A program made the translations under genes and the position numbers. Below the pieces are notes generated by a model, which saw only the letters and a program-made list of their open reading frames with translations, did not search any database and was not told where the DNA came from. Source: Alphaproteobacteria bacterium (GTDB taxonomy: Bacteria > Pseudomonadota > Alphaproteobacteria > SP197). Taken from it: 64,000 nt of DNA. Below, piece by piece: positions 31,894 through 39,946 of this stretch. The stretch's first letter is position 1; the number at the start of each line of letters is the position of its first letter. The stretch is from NCBI GenBank assembly GCA_965228895.1, contig OZ245842.1:2240001-2304000 (forward strand), in the 5' to 3' direction.

Positions 31894-32994
31894 TCAAGAG
31901 CGGGCGGCGTGTTCCATCGCATCAAACGTGCTCAAAACCACCTGTTTGCGGTCCAGATTGACGCTGATGGCCCGTTCCTGGAGCCGGCCCACCTTTTCCC
32001 ACACGTCTATCCAGCGTTCAAGGCCATGCGGCACGGTCAATCTGACCATCAGTTCGCGTTCGTTATCGGGCACGGCGGGTCCAGTTTCGCCGGCGGCACC
32101 GAAACGCACGAGATTGGCGAGCCACCAGCGCAAGAGGTCGAGGGTGGTGCGGAACGCCTGATCGTTGGTCGGGCGGCCGAGGCGGTCCGCCAGGCTGTGC
32201 ACGTCCAGGGCGCGCGGCTTCGGCAACTGGGCGAGCAGGCCCAACAAGTCGCGATAGAGGCCAAGGCCACCTAGGTCGGCCAAGCGCAGCGCCCTGCCCG
32301 GACTGCCGTCCGCCAGCCGCGCCAGCGGTTCCAGGTCAGCCGCATCGAGGTCGGGCCGGTAGCGTTCAAGCAACAAGACGACCTGCTCGGTCTTCAACGG
32401 TGTCAGCGGCACGGTGCGGCACCGCGACCTGATGGTCGGCAGCAACCGCGCGGGCGCGTGGCTGACCAAAAGCACCAGCGACTGGGCGGGCGGTTCCTCG
32501 ATCATTTTGAGGGCCGCGTTGGCGGCGCTCGGGTTCATCAGTTCGGCGCCGTCGATGACGGCGATACGCCAGCCCCCCTCGCCCGCCGACGTCCGGAAGA
32601 ACGGCGTCAAGCGGCGGACGTCGTCGACCACGATCTCGCTGCGCATCCTGCCGGTCTTCGGGTTGGGCACACGTTCGATGGTCAGGAGGTCACTGTGACC
32701 TTCGGCGGCGATGCGTTGGAAGACCGCATCGGCTTCGTCGACGTTCAGGCTCTCTGGGGCGCCGAACAGGTCCTGGCCGGCACCGCCAGCCATCAGAAAG
32801 CGGGCGAGCCGGTAGGCCAGGGTCGCCTTGCCGATACCCTCCGGGCCGGTTAGCAGCCAGGCCCCGGCAAGCCGGTTTGCCATGACAGCATCCAAAAAAA
32901 CGCGTTCGGTATCCTGATGACCGATCAGCTCTGGGTTGGCCCTGGGTGCCGGCGCCAGGTCGTCATCGGTGTCGGTTTCGGTCGTCTTGCTCAT
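31894..32994 (-). CDS. holB: DNA polymerase III subunit delta'
   Basis: 'GPEGIGKATLA', 'IVVDDVR', 'AANAALKMIEEPP', 'LLPTIRSRC'; located between tmk and metG. Confidence 0.95.
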   Translation of the reverse strand: MSKTTETDTDDDLAPAPRANPELIGHQDTERVFLDAVMANRLAGAWLLTGPEGIGKATLAYRLARFLMAGGAGQDLFGAPESLNVDEADAVFQRIAAEGHSDLLTIERVPNPKTGRMRSEIVVDDVRRLTPFFRTSAGEGGWRIAVIDGAELMNPSAANAALKMIEEPPAQSLVLLVSHAPARLLPTIRSRCRTVPLTPLKTEQVVLLLERYRPDLDAADLEPLARLADGSPGRALRLADLGGLGLYRDLLGLLAQLPKPRALDVHSLADRLGRPTNDQAFRTTLDLLRWWLANLVRFGAAGETGPAVPDNERELMVRLTVPHGLERWIDVWEKVGRLQERAISVNLDRKQVVLSTFDAMEHAARS

Positions 32995-33620
32995 GACAGA
33001 CCGAACTTGGCGGCGACGTCGGCGAAGATCAACGCCGCCACATCATCCTCGCTGCCCGTCGCGTCGATCAGGCGGCAGCGCTCGGGATGGTCGGCGACGA
33101 TGTCCTGGAACGCCTGGCGCAGGCGTTCGTGATAGGCCGGCCCCATGCGCTCGTAGCGATCGGCGCCGCCACGCTCGGCCGCACGCGCCAAGCCGATCTC
33201 GACGGGCAGGTCCAAAACCAGGGTCAGGTCTGGTTTCAGGTCGCCGACAGCGATGGCGTAGAGCCGGTCAACCACGTCGCGCCCGGCACCTTGAACGATG
33301 CCCTGGTAGGCCATGGTTGAATCGGCGAAGCGGTCGCATATGACACAGGCGCCGCGCTCAAGAGCGGGCCGGATCGTCACCTCCAGGTGATCGCGCCGTG
33401 CCGCAAAATGAAGCAGTGTTTCGGTGATCGCATCCCAGCGATCGACGTCGCCATCGACCAGAATGGCGCGGATGGCTTCGGCGCCCGGCGCGCCGCCGGG
33501 CTCGCGTGTCGTGACAATTTCGTCGGTCTGGCCGCTCAGCGCCTCGGCGAGCCGGCGCACTTGTGTCGACTTGCCAGCCCCCTCGCCGCCCTCAAGCGTG
33601 ATAAAGCGGCCGGCAATCAC
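32991..33620 (-). CDS. tmk: Thymidylate kinase
   Basis: 'FITLEGGEGAGKSTQ', 'TREPGG', 'CDRFADSTMAYQG'. Confidence 0.98.
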   Translation of the reverse strand: MIAGRFITLEGGEGAGKSTQVRRLAEALSGQTDEIVTTREPGGAPGAEAIRAILVDGDVDRWDAITETLLHFAARRDHLEVTIRPALERGACVICDRFADSTMAYQGIVQGAGRDVVDRLYAIAVGDLKPDLTLVLDLPVEIGLARAAERGGADRYERMGPAYHERLRQAFQDIVADHPERCRLIDATGSEDDVAALIFADVAAKFGLS

Positions 33621-34756
33621 GTTCCCGACGGGCCAAACACCAGATAGCTGATCGCCGCGCCCAGGCGGCTGAACATGGAGAGTTCGCCGACATCGGCGCC
33701 GGCGACAAGCGGCACCTCAACCGTCTCCATGTTGGGGGCTTCCAGCACCAGCATGGCAACCGGCGTTCCCTTGACGATGGGTGCCGGGATCGGACCTTCG
33801 AAGACGGCCTTGACGGTCATCTCGCGGCGCGCCTCGCGCGACATCGTGATGACCAGATCCTCTTCGATGACCAGTGGCACGGTGTCTTCGTCGCCCAGCC
33901 AAACCTCGGCATCTGTCACCGTTTCACCGGCCCCCAGAAGCGCATAGGCATCGAACTCACGAAAACCCCATTCGATCAGGCGTTCGGCCTCGCGGGCGCG
34001 CTCTTGGGAACTGTCGACGCCGTTGATCACAAGCACCAGGCGGCGACCATCACGCTCTGCGGAGGCCGTCAGCCCATAGCCCGCGGCTTCCGTATGACCG
34101 GTCTTCAGACCATCGGCGCCGGAGGCCGTATAGAGCAGCGGGTTGCGGTTGCTCTGTTCGATATCGCTGAACGTGAACGTCGTCTCGGCGTAGTACGGAT
34201 AGTACTCGGGAAAGTCCTCGATCGTCCTGATGGCCAGCGTGGCGAGGTCGCGCACCGTCGTGACGTGCTCTGGGTCCGGCCAGCCCGACGCGTTGCGGAA
34301 GTTGGAGTTCGTCATGCCCATTGCGTGGGCCTGATCGGTCATGTCGATGGCGAACGCTTCTTCCGATCCCGAGATGCCTTCGGCCAGAACGATGGTGGCG
34401 TCGTTGCCGGACTGGACGACGACGCCGCGGACCAGATCCTCGACCATGACGCGGGTATCGACCTCGACGAACATCTTTGAACCGCCCATGCGCCAAGCCT
34501 TCTCGCTGACCGGCAAGGTCGCGTCCAGGCTCAGGCCGCCCTCGGCGAGTTTTTTGAAGACCAGATACATCGTCATCATCTTGGTCATCGATGACGGATA
34601 GGTCGTTTCGTCCGCATTCTTCTGAAACAGCACCGTCCCGGTCGACATGTCGATCAGGATTGCCTCGCGGGCCGAGGTTTCGTTAGCGCGCGCCGGTAGA
34701 CCGGCAGCAAGGGCCGTAAGGACGACAATCAGGGTGGCAAGGACACGACGGGACAT
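33617..34756 (-). CDS. dacA: D-alanyl-D-alanine carboxypeptidase (PBP5/6 family)
   Basis: Signal peptide, SxxK 'PSSMTK', SxN 'QSGNDA', KTG 'GLKTGHT'. Confidence 0.95.
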   Translation of the reverse strand: MSRRVLATLIVVLTALAAGLPARANETSAREAILIDMSTGTVLFQKNADETTYPSSMTKMMTMYLVFKKLAEGGLSLDATLPVSEKAWRMGGSKMFVEVDTRVMVEDLVRGVVVQSGNDATIVLAEGISGSEEAFAIDMTDQAHAMGMTNSNFRNASGWPDPEHVTTVRDLATLAIRTIEDFPEYYPYYAETTFTFSDIEQSNRNPLLYTASGADGLKTGHTEAAGYGLTASAERDGRRLVLVINGVDSSQERAREAERLIEWGFREFDAYALLGAGETVTDAEVWLGDEDTVPLVIEEDLVITMSREARREMTVKAVFEGPIPAPIVKGTPVAMLVLEAPNMETVEVPLVAGADVGELSMFSRLGAAISYLVFGPSGT

Positions 34757-34828
34757 GGCGGGGTCACTATCCGTGGACGATGAAAGCTGCCGACGCTTAG
34801 CGGCCCAGTTGGGCAGAATTGCGCCAGT

Positions 34829-35644
34829 TTAGTCGATGACGATACGCGCCTCTTGATAGCCGGCGGCCATGACACGGTAGCGCATGTCGCCCGCTTGATC
34901 GAGATCGGCATAGGGTCCCAGCCGCACGCGGTAGAACGGTAGGCCGTTGGCGACCACACGGTAGATCTGAACGTGGTCCAGCATAGCGAGCTGCCGGCCG
35001 ACCTTTTGGGCGTTATCGGCTTCGGTGAAGGCGCCGATCTGGACGTAGATGGCGCGGTCAGGCTCCTCGGAGATGAGGTCGATTGCGGCGGTTGTCACCT
35101 CAGGTTCAGGCGGCGCTTCCGGGTCCTGTGCCGCAAAGGCAGTGCCGGTATCCGGGTCGACGACCTGGACCCTCACCTGGGCCGTCCCCGCGCGCTCAAA
35201 GCCCAAGAGCTGGGCCGATCGGCGCGAGACGTCGATGATCCGGCCATAAGCGAAAGGCCCACGGTCGTTCACCTTCAGCACCAGCGAGCGGCCGTTATCC
35301 AGATTGGTGACCCGGACATAGACCGGCATCGGCAAGGTCTTGTGGGCCGCCGTCAACAGGTTCATGTCGTAGACCTCGCCGTTGGCCGTGCGCCTGCCGT
35401 GGAACGGCTCGCCATACCAGGAGGCTATGCCGACCTCGTCGTAGTACGGGTCTTCGGCGGGGTAGTACCAAGCGCCGTTGATCTGATAGGGATTGCCGAC
35501 CTTGTAGCTGCCGCCGGTATCGCTGTCGCGCTGCGCTTCCTTGCTCAGCGTCGCCAAAAGCTCTGTTTCGGCACATCCCGCAACGATCGCGGCGACAAGA
35601 AACGACGAGAAAACAAGGACAAAACCGCGATATACGCCAAACAC
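34829..35644 (-). CDS. rlpA: Septal ring lytic transglycosylase RlpA (lipoprotein with SPOR domain)
   Basis: Lipobox 'VAGC', 'GIASWYG..FHG..TANGE', 'AAHKTLP', 'VNDRGPF', C-terminal SPOR 'YVQIGAF...YRVRLGP'. Confidence 0.95.
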   Translation of the reverse strand: MFGVYRGFVLVFSSFLVAAIVAGCAETELLATLSKEAQRDSDTGGSYKVGNPYQINGAWYYPAEDPYYDEVGIASWYGEPFHGRRTANGEVYDMNLLTAAHKTLPMPVYVRVTNLDNGRSLVLKVNDRGPFAYGRIIDVSRRSAQLLGFERAGTAQVRVQVVDPDTGTAFAAQDPEAPPEPEVTTAAIDLISEEPDRAIYVQIGAFTEADNAQKVGRQLAMLDHVQIYRVVANGLPFYRVRLGPYADLDQAGDMRYRVMAAGYQEARIVID

Positions 35645-35680
35645 GCCAAGCCTGCCCGCTAGATATAGTGGTGGCGAACT

Positions 35681-36661
35681 CTAACGGCTGACGATCTCAT
35701 CGGCAAGACGCACGACTGACATGGCAAAATAGTCCGACCGGTTCCAGCGCAAGATGACCCGATAATTGCTGAAAACCAGATAGGCCGGACCGCCGTCGCC
35801 GGCCGGCATGGCAAGCGTTGTCGGTTCGTCGGCCGCGACAGCCGGTGGCGCTGCGATAAAGGTCACGCCCTCGTCCAGCCAGGCCTGCAGGGGACGTGGC
35901 GAATCGTGGCCCGAACGAGAGGCATCCATGCCGGCGGGCAACGTTACCGCTGCACCCCAAGGCTCATCCAACTCCCAGCCGTAGCTCGAGAGATAATTGG
36001 ATGCGGACGCAAACACGTCACCGCGGGTGGTCCAAATGTCGCGCCTGCCGTCCTTATCCCAGTCGACGGCGTAACCCATGAAACTGGATGGCATAAACTG
36101 GCTTTGGCCCATGGCGCCAGCCCATGAGCCAACCATTTTGTCTTTTGTTATATGGCCTTCGTCCAAAATCTTGAGAGCATGCATCAGCTCACGCCGAAAG
36201 AAGTCGCTGCGCCTTGGATCCCAGGCCAGGGTCGCAAGCGCGGCGATCACGTCGAAACCGCCGGTATAGGTGCCGAACCGAGTTTCATGCCCCCACAGCG
36301 CGATGACGGCTTCGGGATCAACGCCATAGACGTCGCTTACCGAGATGAGCAGCGGCAGATGTTCGTCGTAGTTACGCCGCGCCTCGGCAATCAGTGCCGA
36401 CGGCATGCGGCTCGCCATGTATTCGGCGAACGTGACCGTGCCTTCCGGCTGGCGCCGATCCAGCTCGATCACCCGATCGATGGGCTGAATGTCGTTGAGG
36501 GCCGCGTCGAGCGTTGCCTGGCTGACACCTTGGGCGGACGCTTCAGCGCGAACACCGTCCACGAATGTTGTCCAGTCCGGTTGCGTCTGAGCCTCTACCG
36601 GCACGACGAACAACAGCAGGACGGTTAACTGAATGAGGACGCTTTGGGCTTTTGGGCGCAT
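35681..36661 (-). CDS. mltB: Lytic murein transglycosylase (MltB family)
   Basis: 'ALWGHETRFG', 'GSWAGAMGQSQFMPSS', EF-hand-like 'DWDKDGRRD', 'NYRVILRWNRS'. ATG at 36661. Confidence 0.92.
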   Translation of the reverse strand: MRPKAQSVLIQLTVLLLFVVPVEAQTQPDWTTFVDGVRAEASAQGVSQATLDAALNDIQPIDRVIELDRRQPEGTVTFAEYMASRMPSALIAEARRNYDEHLPLLISVSDVYGVDPEAVIALWGHETRFGTYTGGFDVIAALATLAWDPRRSDFFRRELMHALKILDEGHITKDKMVGSWAGAMGQSQFMPSSFMGYAVDWDKDGRRDIWTTRGDVFASASNYLSSYGWELDEPWGAAVTLPAGMDASRSGHDSPRPLQAWLDEGVTFIAAPPAVAADEPTTLAMPAGDGGPAYLVFSNYRVILRWNRSDYFAMSVVRLADEIVSR

Positions 36662-36755
36662 GGATGGACACCGTCTCCCTTTTGTTCGTGTGTGTGGCAC
36701 AGCCCGGCCAATCGTGCAATGGTCGCAGCAGCCAAAACGGCCGCGGCCGAAAGCC

Positions 36756-37019
36756 ATGCGCATCGATAAAAAGGACGTCAAACGTTTCGTCGTTGTTGCG
36801 GCGGGGCTCTATGTGGCCGTTGGCCTCGTCGCGCTGATTGCGCCGGCTGTTGCCTTTCCGCTCGTGATTGCGTTGACGGCGTTGCTGGCACTGGTGGTGG
36901 TGCTCGTGCTGTTCCTACGTGCCTGGCATTGGTTCATCAGCGAAAGCTTCAGCCTGATTGAAGATCGCTCGCGCGAATTGCGAGAACGGCCGCATCAACA
37001 ACGCGCCAAGCGGCGATAG
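36756..37019 (+). CDS. Hypothetical small membrane protein (2 TM)
   Basis: ORF 'MRIDKKDVKRF...' with two long hydrophobic segments; fills the gap between mltB and the next gene. Confidence 0.55.
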   Translation: MRIDKKDVKRFVVVAAGLYVAVGLVALIAPAVAFPLVIALTALLALVVVLVLFLRAWHWFISESFSLIEDRSRELRERPHQQRAKRR

Positions 37020-37057
37020 AACGGTTCCGCTCGTCTCGGTTTTGCGTAGCGTCGCGA

Positions 37058-37315
37058 CTATCCCTTTGGCTCGTCGTCCTCGCCTGTGTCCATGCCGCCA
37101 CCGGCACGATCGTCGTGGCCATGGTGGTGGCTGTAATAGGAGAGCCGCATCAGGCCAACGCCCAGGCCGGTGACGAAAATGACGCACAGAATAATCGCGA
37201 TCACACCGTGGATGCCCATCTCTACATCGTCGAGCGCGAGCCAGACATCGATGGCGTAGATCAAGGTCCCGCTGAGGATGATCACAAGCGCGAGAGCGAC
37301 AAGAGCGGTCTTCAT
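37058..37315 (-). CDS. Small two-TM membrane protein with His/Asp-rich tail
   Basis: Two hydrophobic helices ('MGIHGVIAIILCVIF..GLGVGLMRLSYYS') followed by 'HHHGHDD'. Confidence 0.7.
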   Translation of the reverse strand: MKTALVALALVIILSGTLIYAIDVWLALDDVEMGIHGVIAIILCVIFVTGLGVGLMRLSYYSHHHGHDDRAGGGMDTGEDDEPKG

Positions 37316-37402
37316 TCGTCTGCCATTCCGGTTCGGCCAGGATGGGTCGTGACGGGTTCACCAGAATCGTAGTGAGGACCGTCACAGATCGCGCGGGTGC
37401 GC

Positions 37403-37430
37403 TTGATTCCTGTGGGCAAGGTCTTAACAT
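37403..37430 (+). promoter_or_regulatory. Candidate sigma70 promoter for the riboswitch-parA transcript
   Basis: TTGATT (37403-37408), 16-nt spacer, TAACAT (37425-37430). A GANTC site overlaps the -35 element. Confidence 0.4.
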
Positions 37431-37475
37431 TGCTTTCGTCGGCTGGAAACGCCGATATGGGCAGCCACTAACGGC

Positions 37476-37571
37476 TCCCAGATAAAGGCAAACCGGTGGA
37501 AACATCGGGACGCAAAGCCACCGGCCTTCACCTCGGTCAACGAGGGCAAGGTAGCGGGGTTACCAAAGGGA
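37476..37571 (+). ncRNA. Cyclic di-GMP-I (GEMM-I) riboswitch
   Basis: GGCAAACCGGTG-GAAA-CATCGGGACGCAAAGCCACCGGCCT...AGGTAGCGGGGTTACC matches the Vc2-type core. P2 has a GNRA loop, P3 a distal hairpin CCTCG/CGAGG, and P1 is TCCC (37476-79) pairing with GGGA (37568-71). Confidence 0.95.
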
Positions 37572-37580
37572 AGTCGTACT

Positions 37581-37733
37581 ATGTGTTGTGACAAGACAAA
37601 GCCGTCTGCTGCCATCTGGAAGACCTCCGGTCTCCCCACAACCGATTTCGCCTCCCCTTGTGCCGCCGTCTTGGCGACACCGGGTTTTCTGCGCTGTCAA
37701 TCCGCTGTCGCCACGCGGGGTACTTCATGCTGA
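37581..37733 (+). CDS. Putative 50-aa leader uORF downstream of the riboswitch
   Basis: ATG 37581 follows AAAGGGAAG and reads MCCDKTKPSAAIWKTSGLPTTDFASPCAAVLATPGFLRCQSAVATRGTSC. Its TGA (37731-33) lies between the two parA ATGs (37727, 37739). Not in the ORF track (too short). Confidence 0.45.
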   Translation: MCCDKTKPSAAIWKTSGLPTTDFASPCAAVLATPGFLRCQSAVATRGTSC

Positions 37734-38497
37734 GCTCGATGCGTGTCCTCGTTGTCGCCTCGCAAAAAGGCGGCTCCGGCAAGACGACCTTGTCCGGTCA
37801 TCTTGGTGTCGAGGCCGAGCGCGCGGGCCACGGTCCGGTCGCGCTGATCGATACGGATCCGCAGGGCAGCCTGGCTCAGTGGTGGAACGCTCGTGAAGCG
37901 GAGACCCCGGCCTTCGTCCAGTCGAGCGGCCAGACCCTGCGCGACGATTTGATGGCCCTTAGAGAACAGGGTTTCAAACTGGTCGTCATCGACACGCCGC
38001 CCGCCGCGACGCGCGAGATTTCCGAGGTCGCCGCGTTCGCCGATCTGGTCATTCTGCCGACGCGCCCGAGCCCTCACGACTTGCGCGCCGTCGCCTCGAC
38101 GATCGAGATTTTGGAGCAGCGCGGCAAGGCCATGGTCTTCGTGCTGAACTCCGCAACGGCACGTGCGCGCATCACTGGCGAGGCCGCCATTGCGCTGTCG
38201 CAGCACGGCACGGTCGCGCCGGTCACAGTTCACCATCGCGTCAATTTCGCCTCCAGCATGATCGACGGCCGGACGGTCGCCGAGATCGACGAGGAGAGCG
38301 CGTCCGCCAAGGAGGTCTCCGAACTCTGGAGTTATCTGGCTGATCGCATCAGCCGCAAACACATGGTCGCCCTGCCCGGCGGCGTCGAGAAGGTCGAACA
38401 GCCGACACCGGCGGTCGCCCATCCTGTCGCGCCGGAAGGCCTGAGGCCGAGCCAGCCTTTTGGCCGGCGCGGACGCGACGAAATCCATCTGACTTGA
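37727..38497 (+). CDS. ParA/Soj/MinD-family ATPase (no N-terminal HTH; type Ib-like)
   Basis: Deviant Walker A 'QKGGSGKTT', 'IDTDPQGSL', Walker B 'VIDTPP', 'PTRPSPHDL'. Start is 37727 or 37739. Confidence 0.92.
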   Translation: MLSSMRVLVVASQKGGSGKTTLSGHLGVEAERAGHGPVALIDTDPQGSLAQWWNAREAETPAFVQSSGQTLRDDLMALREQGFKLVVIDTPPAATREISEVAAFADLVILPTRPSPHDLRAVASTIEILEQRGKAMVFVLNSATARARITGEAAIALSQHGTVAPVTVHHRVNFASSMIDGRTVAEIDEESASAKEVSELWSYLADRISRKHMVALPGGVEKVEQPTPAVAHPVAPEGLRPSQPFGRRGRDEIHLT

Positions 38498-38516
38498 TCA
38501 AGGACGATCGGGCGTC

Positions 38517-38963
38517 ATGAGCAAAGGCAAGGTAGCGGTTCTCCATAGCGGCCTGTTGGCACGCAAGGGTGAAGCACGTCCGATGGCGGTCTACGCCGCG
38601 CCGCCGGTCACAGCGCCCGAGCCGGTCGCGCCGCCGCCTGCCCCCGCGCCTGCCGCAGCTTATCCACAGCCCGCCAAGTCCGGCCACAGCACGGACACAA
38701 TAGCGCCGCAGGTTGCCGCGTCATGTCCGAACATCAAGCTGCCGCCTGAGTTCGCGCGCGATGGCAAGAAAGCCAAATCAGGCCCGCGCACCGAACTCCA
38801 CGCGCGGCTGGCAAACACGTCGCATAAGCGATTGAAGATTGCATCGGCCCGCCTTGGCCGGTCGCAGCAGGAGATTGTCTCCGCCGCGATCGACGCCTAC
38901 CTCGATTACATCGAGGGCGATGTGCTGAACGGTTGCCGATGCATGAGGAACGCCCGGGGCTAG
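38517..38963 (+). CDS. ParA partner protein: flexible N-terminus, Pro/Ala linker, C-terminal ribbon-helix-helix-like domain
   Basis: N-terminal 'SGLLARKGEARPM'; C-terminal 'RTELHARLANTSHKRLKIASARLGRSQQEIVSAAIDAYL' has a beta-helix-helix pattern; 19 nt downstream of parA. Confidence 0.75.
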   Translation: MSKGKVAVLHSGLLARKGEARPMAVYAAPPVTAPEPVAPPPAPAPAAAYPQPAKSGHSTDTIAPQVAASCPNIKLPPEFARDGKKAKSGPRTELHARLANTSHKRLKIASARLGRSQQEIVSAAIDAYLDYIEGDVLNGCRCMRNARG

Positions 38964-38996
38964 GGACTTACGCGCTCGACCCCTTGCCCTGGCGTC

Positions 38997-39041
38997 GCGG
39001 GCCGGTGAGATTCCAAGCATCTCATCGGCCCGCAACTTTTT
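38997..39041 (+). terminator. Rho-independent terminator of the parA operon
   Basis: Stem GCGGGCCGGTGAGA / TCTCATCGGCCCGC followed by AACTTTTT, between convergent genes. Confidence 0.7.
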
Positions 39042-39053
39042 CGGACCGATGAA

Positions 39054-39944
39054 CTAGGCCGCGTGCTCCACGATGAACGCGCCGGCGCGCGCCAATGCCG
39101 CGTTGGCTTCCGGCACTTCTGGCGCCAGATGATGCCAGACATGCGGGGCGCCCTCTTCGATCTCCAGAACCGCTGTGCTGCCGGCCGCTGTCATTCCGTC
39201 GGCGAGTGAGCGCGCATCGTCCAGCAGCAGTTCGGTATCGCCGACCTGGATTAGGATCGGCGGTAAGCCTGAAAGATCGCCGTGATGGGGCGCCACATAG
39301 GGATGGCGAAGGTTGTCGCCGTTCAGATACGTCTCAACAAAAACCTCGAGTTCGCCGACGCTCAGGAAGGCGTCACGGTCGGGATCGCCGGCGCGCCACG
39401 TGCCCTCGCCTTCCATGTCGCACCACGGCGATATCGCGACACCACATGCGGGCAAAGGCAGTCCTTCGTCGCGCAAGCGCAGCATGACGGCGAACACCAG
39501 CCCGCCGCCCGCCGAATCGCCGGCAAAGGCGATCCGGCGGCTGTCGCCCATCTCCTGCACCAGGGCACGATAGGCTTCGACACAGTCATCGATGGCGGCG
39601 GGAAACAGATGCTCCGGCGCCAGCCGATACTCCGGAAAGAAGAGCCGGCAACCCGCCGCCTTTGCAAGTCTCGTGACGATCATGATGTGGCTCTTCGTCG
39701 ATCCCATCGCGTAGCCGCCACCATGAAAATAGAGGATGGCGCGATCGGGGTCGGCGTTCGGCGGGTCGAATTGCCATCCCGGCACGCCGCCCAGCGCCGT
39801 CCGGTTTGCGGTCACGCTGTCGTCGCCGGGAAACTCATCGCCCAGCTCGTCGTAGGACACCCGGCGCTCGGCCATGGTGGCGTCTTCAGGTAGCACAGCC
39901 TCGGCCAGAATCTTCTTGTAACGCTCAAGCTCAGGGCTGGGCAT
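39054..39944 (-). CDS. HSL-family (abhydrolase_3) esterase/lipase
   Basis: 'YFHGGGY', 'YRLAPEH.FPAA', 'GDSAGGGL', 'PHVWH'. Confidence 0.93.
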   Translation of the reverse strand: MPSPELERYKKILAEAVLPEDATMAERRVSYDELGDEFPGDDSVTANRTALGGVPGWQFDPPNADPDRAILYFHGGGYAMGSTKSHIMIVTRLAKAAGCRLFFPEYRLAPEHLFPAAIDDCVEAYRALVQEMGDSRRIAFAGDSAGGGLVFAVMLRLRDEGLPLPACGVAISPWCDMEGEGTWRAGDPDRDAFLSVGELEVFVETYLNGDNLRHPYVAPHHGDLSGLPPILIQVGDTELLLDDARSLADGMTAAGSTAVLEIEEGAPHVWHHLAPEVPEANAALARAGAFIVEHAA

Positions 39945-39946
39945 GG

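Noticed and set aside
29315-32274. Plus-strand ORFs 29315-30223 and 30874-32274
   Set aside because: Antisense shadows of tatD, metG and holB.
37476-37571. Possibility that the riboswitch is the cAMP-GMP-sensing GEMM-Ib variant
   Set aside because: The position equivalent to Vc2 nucleotide 20 is G (AAAGGCAAA), not A, which predicts c-di-GMP. Only a binding assay can settle it.
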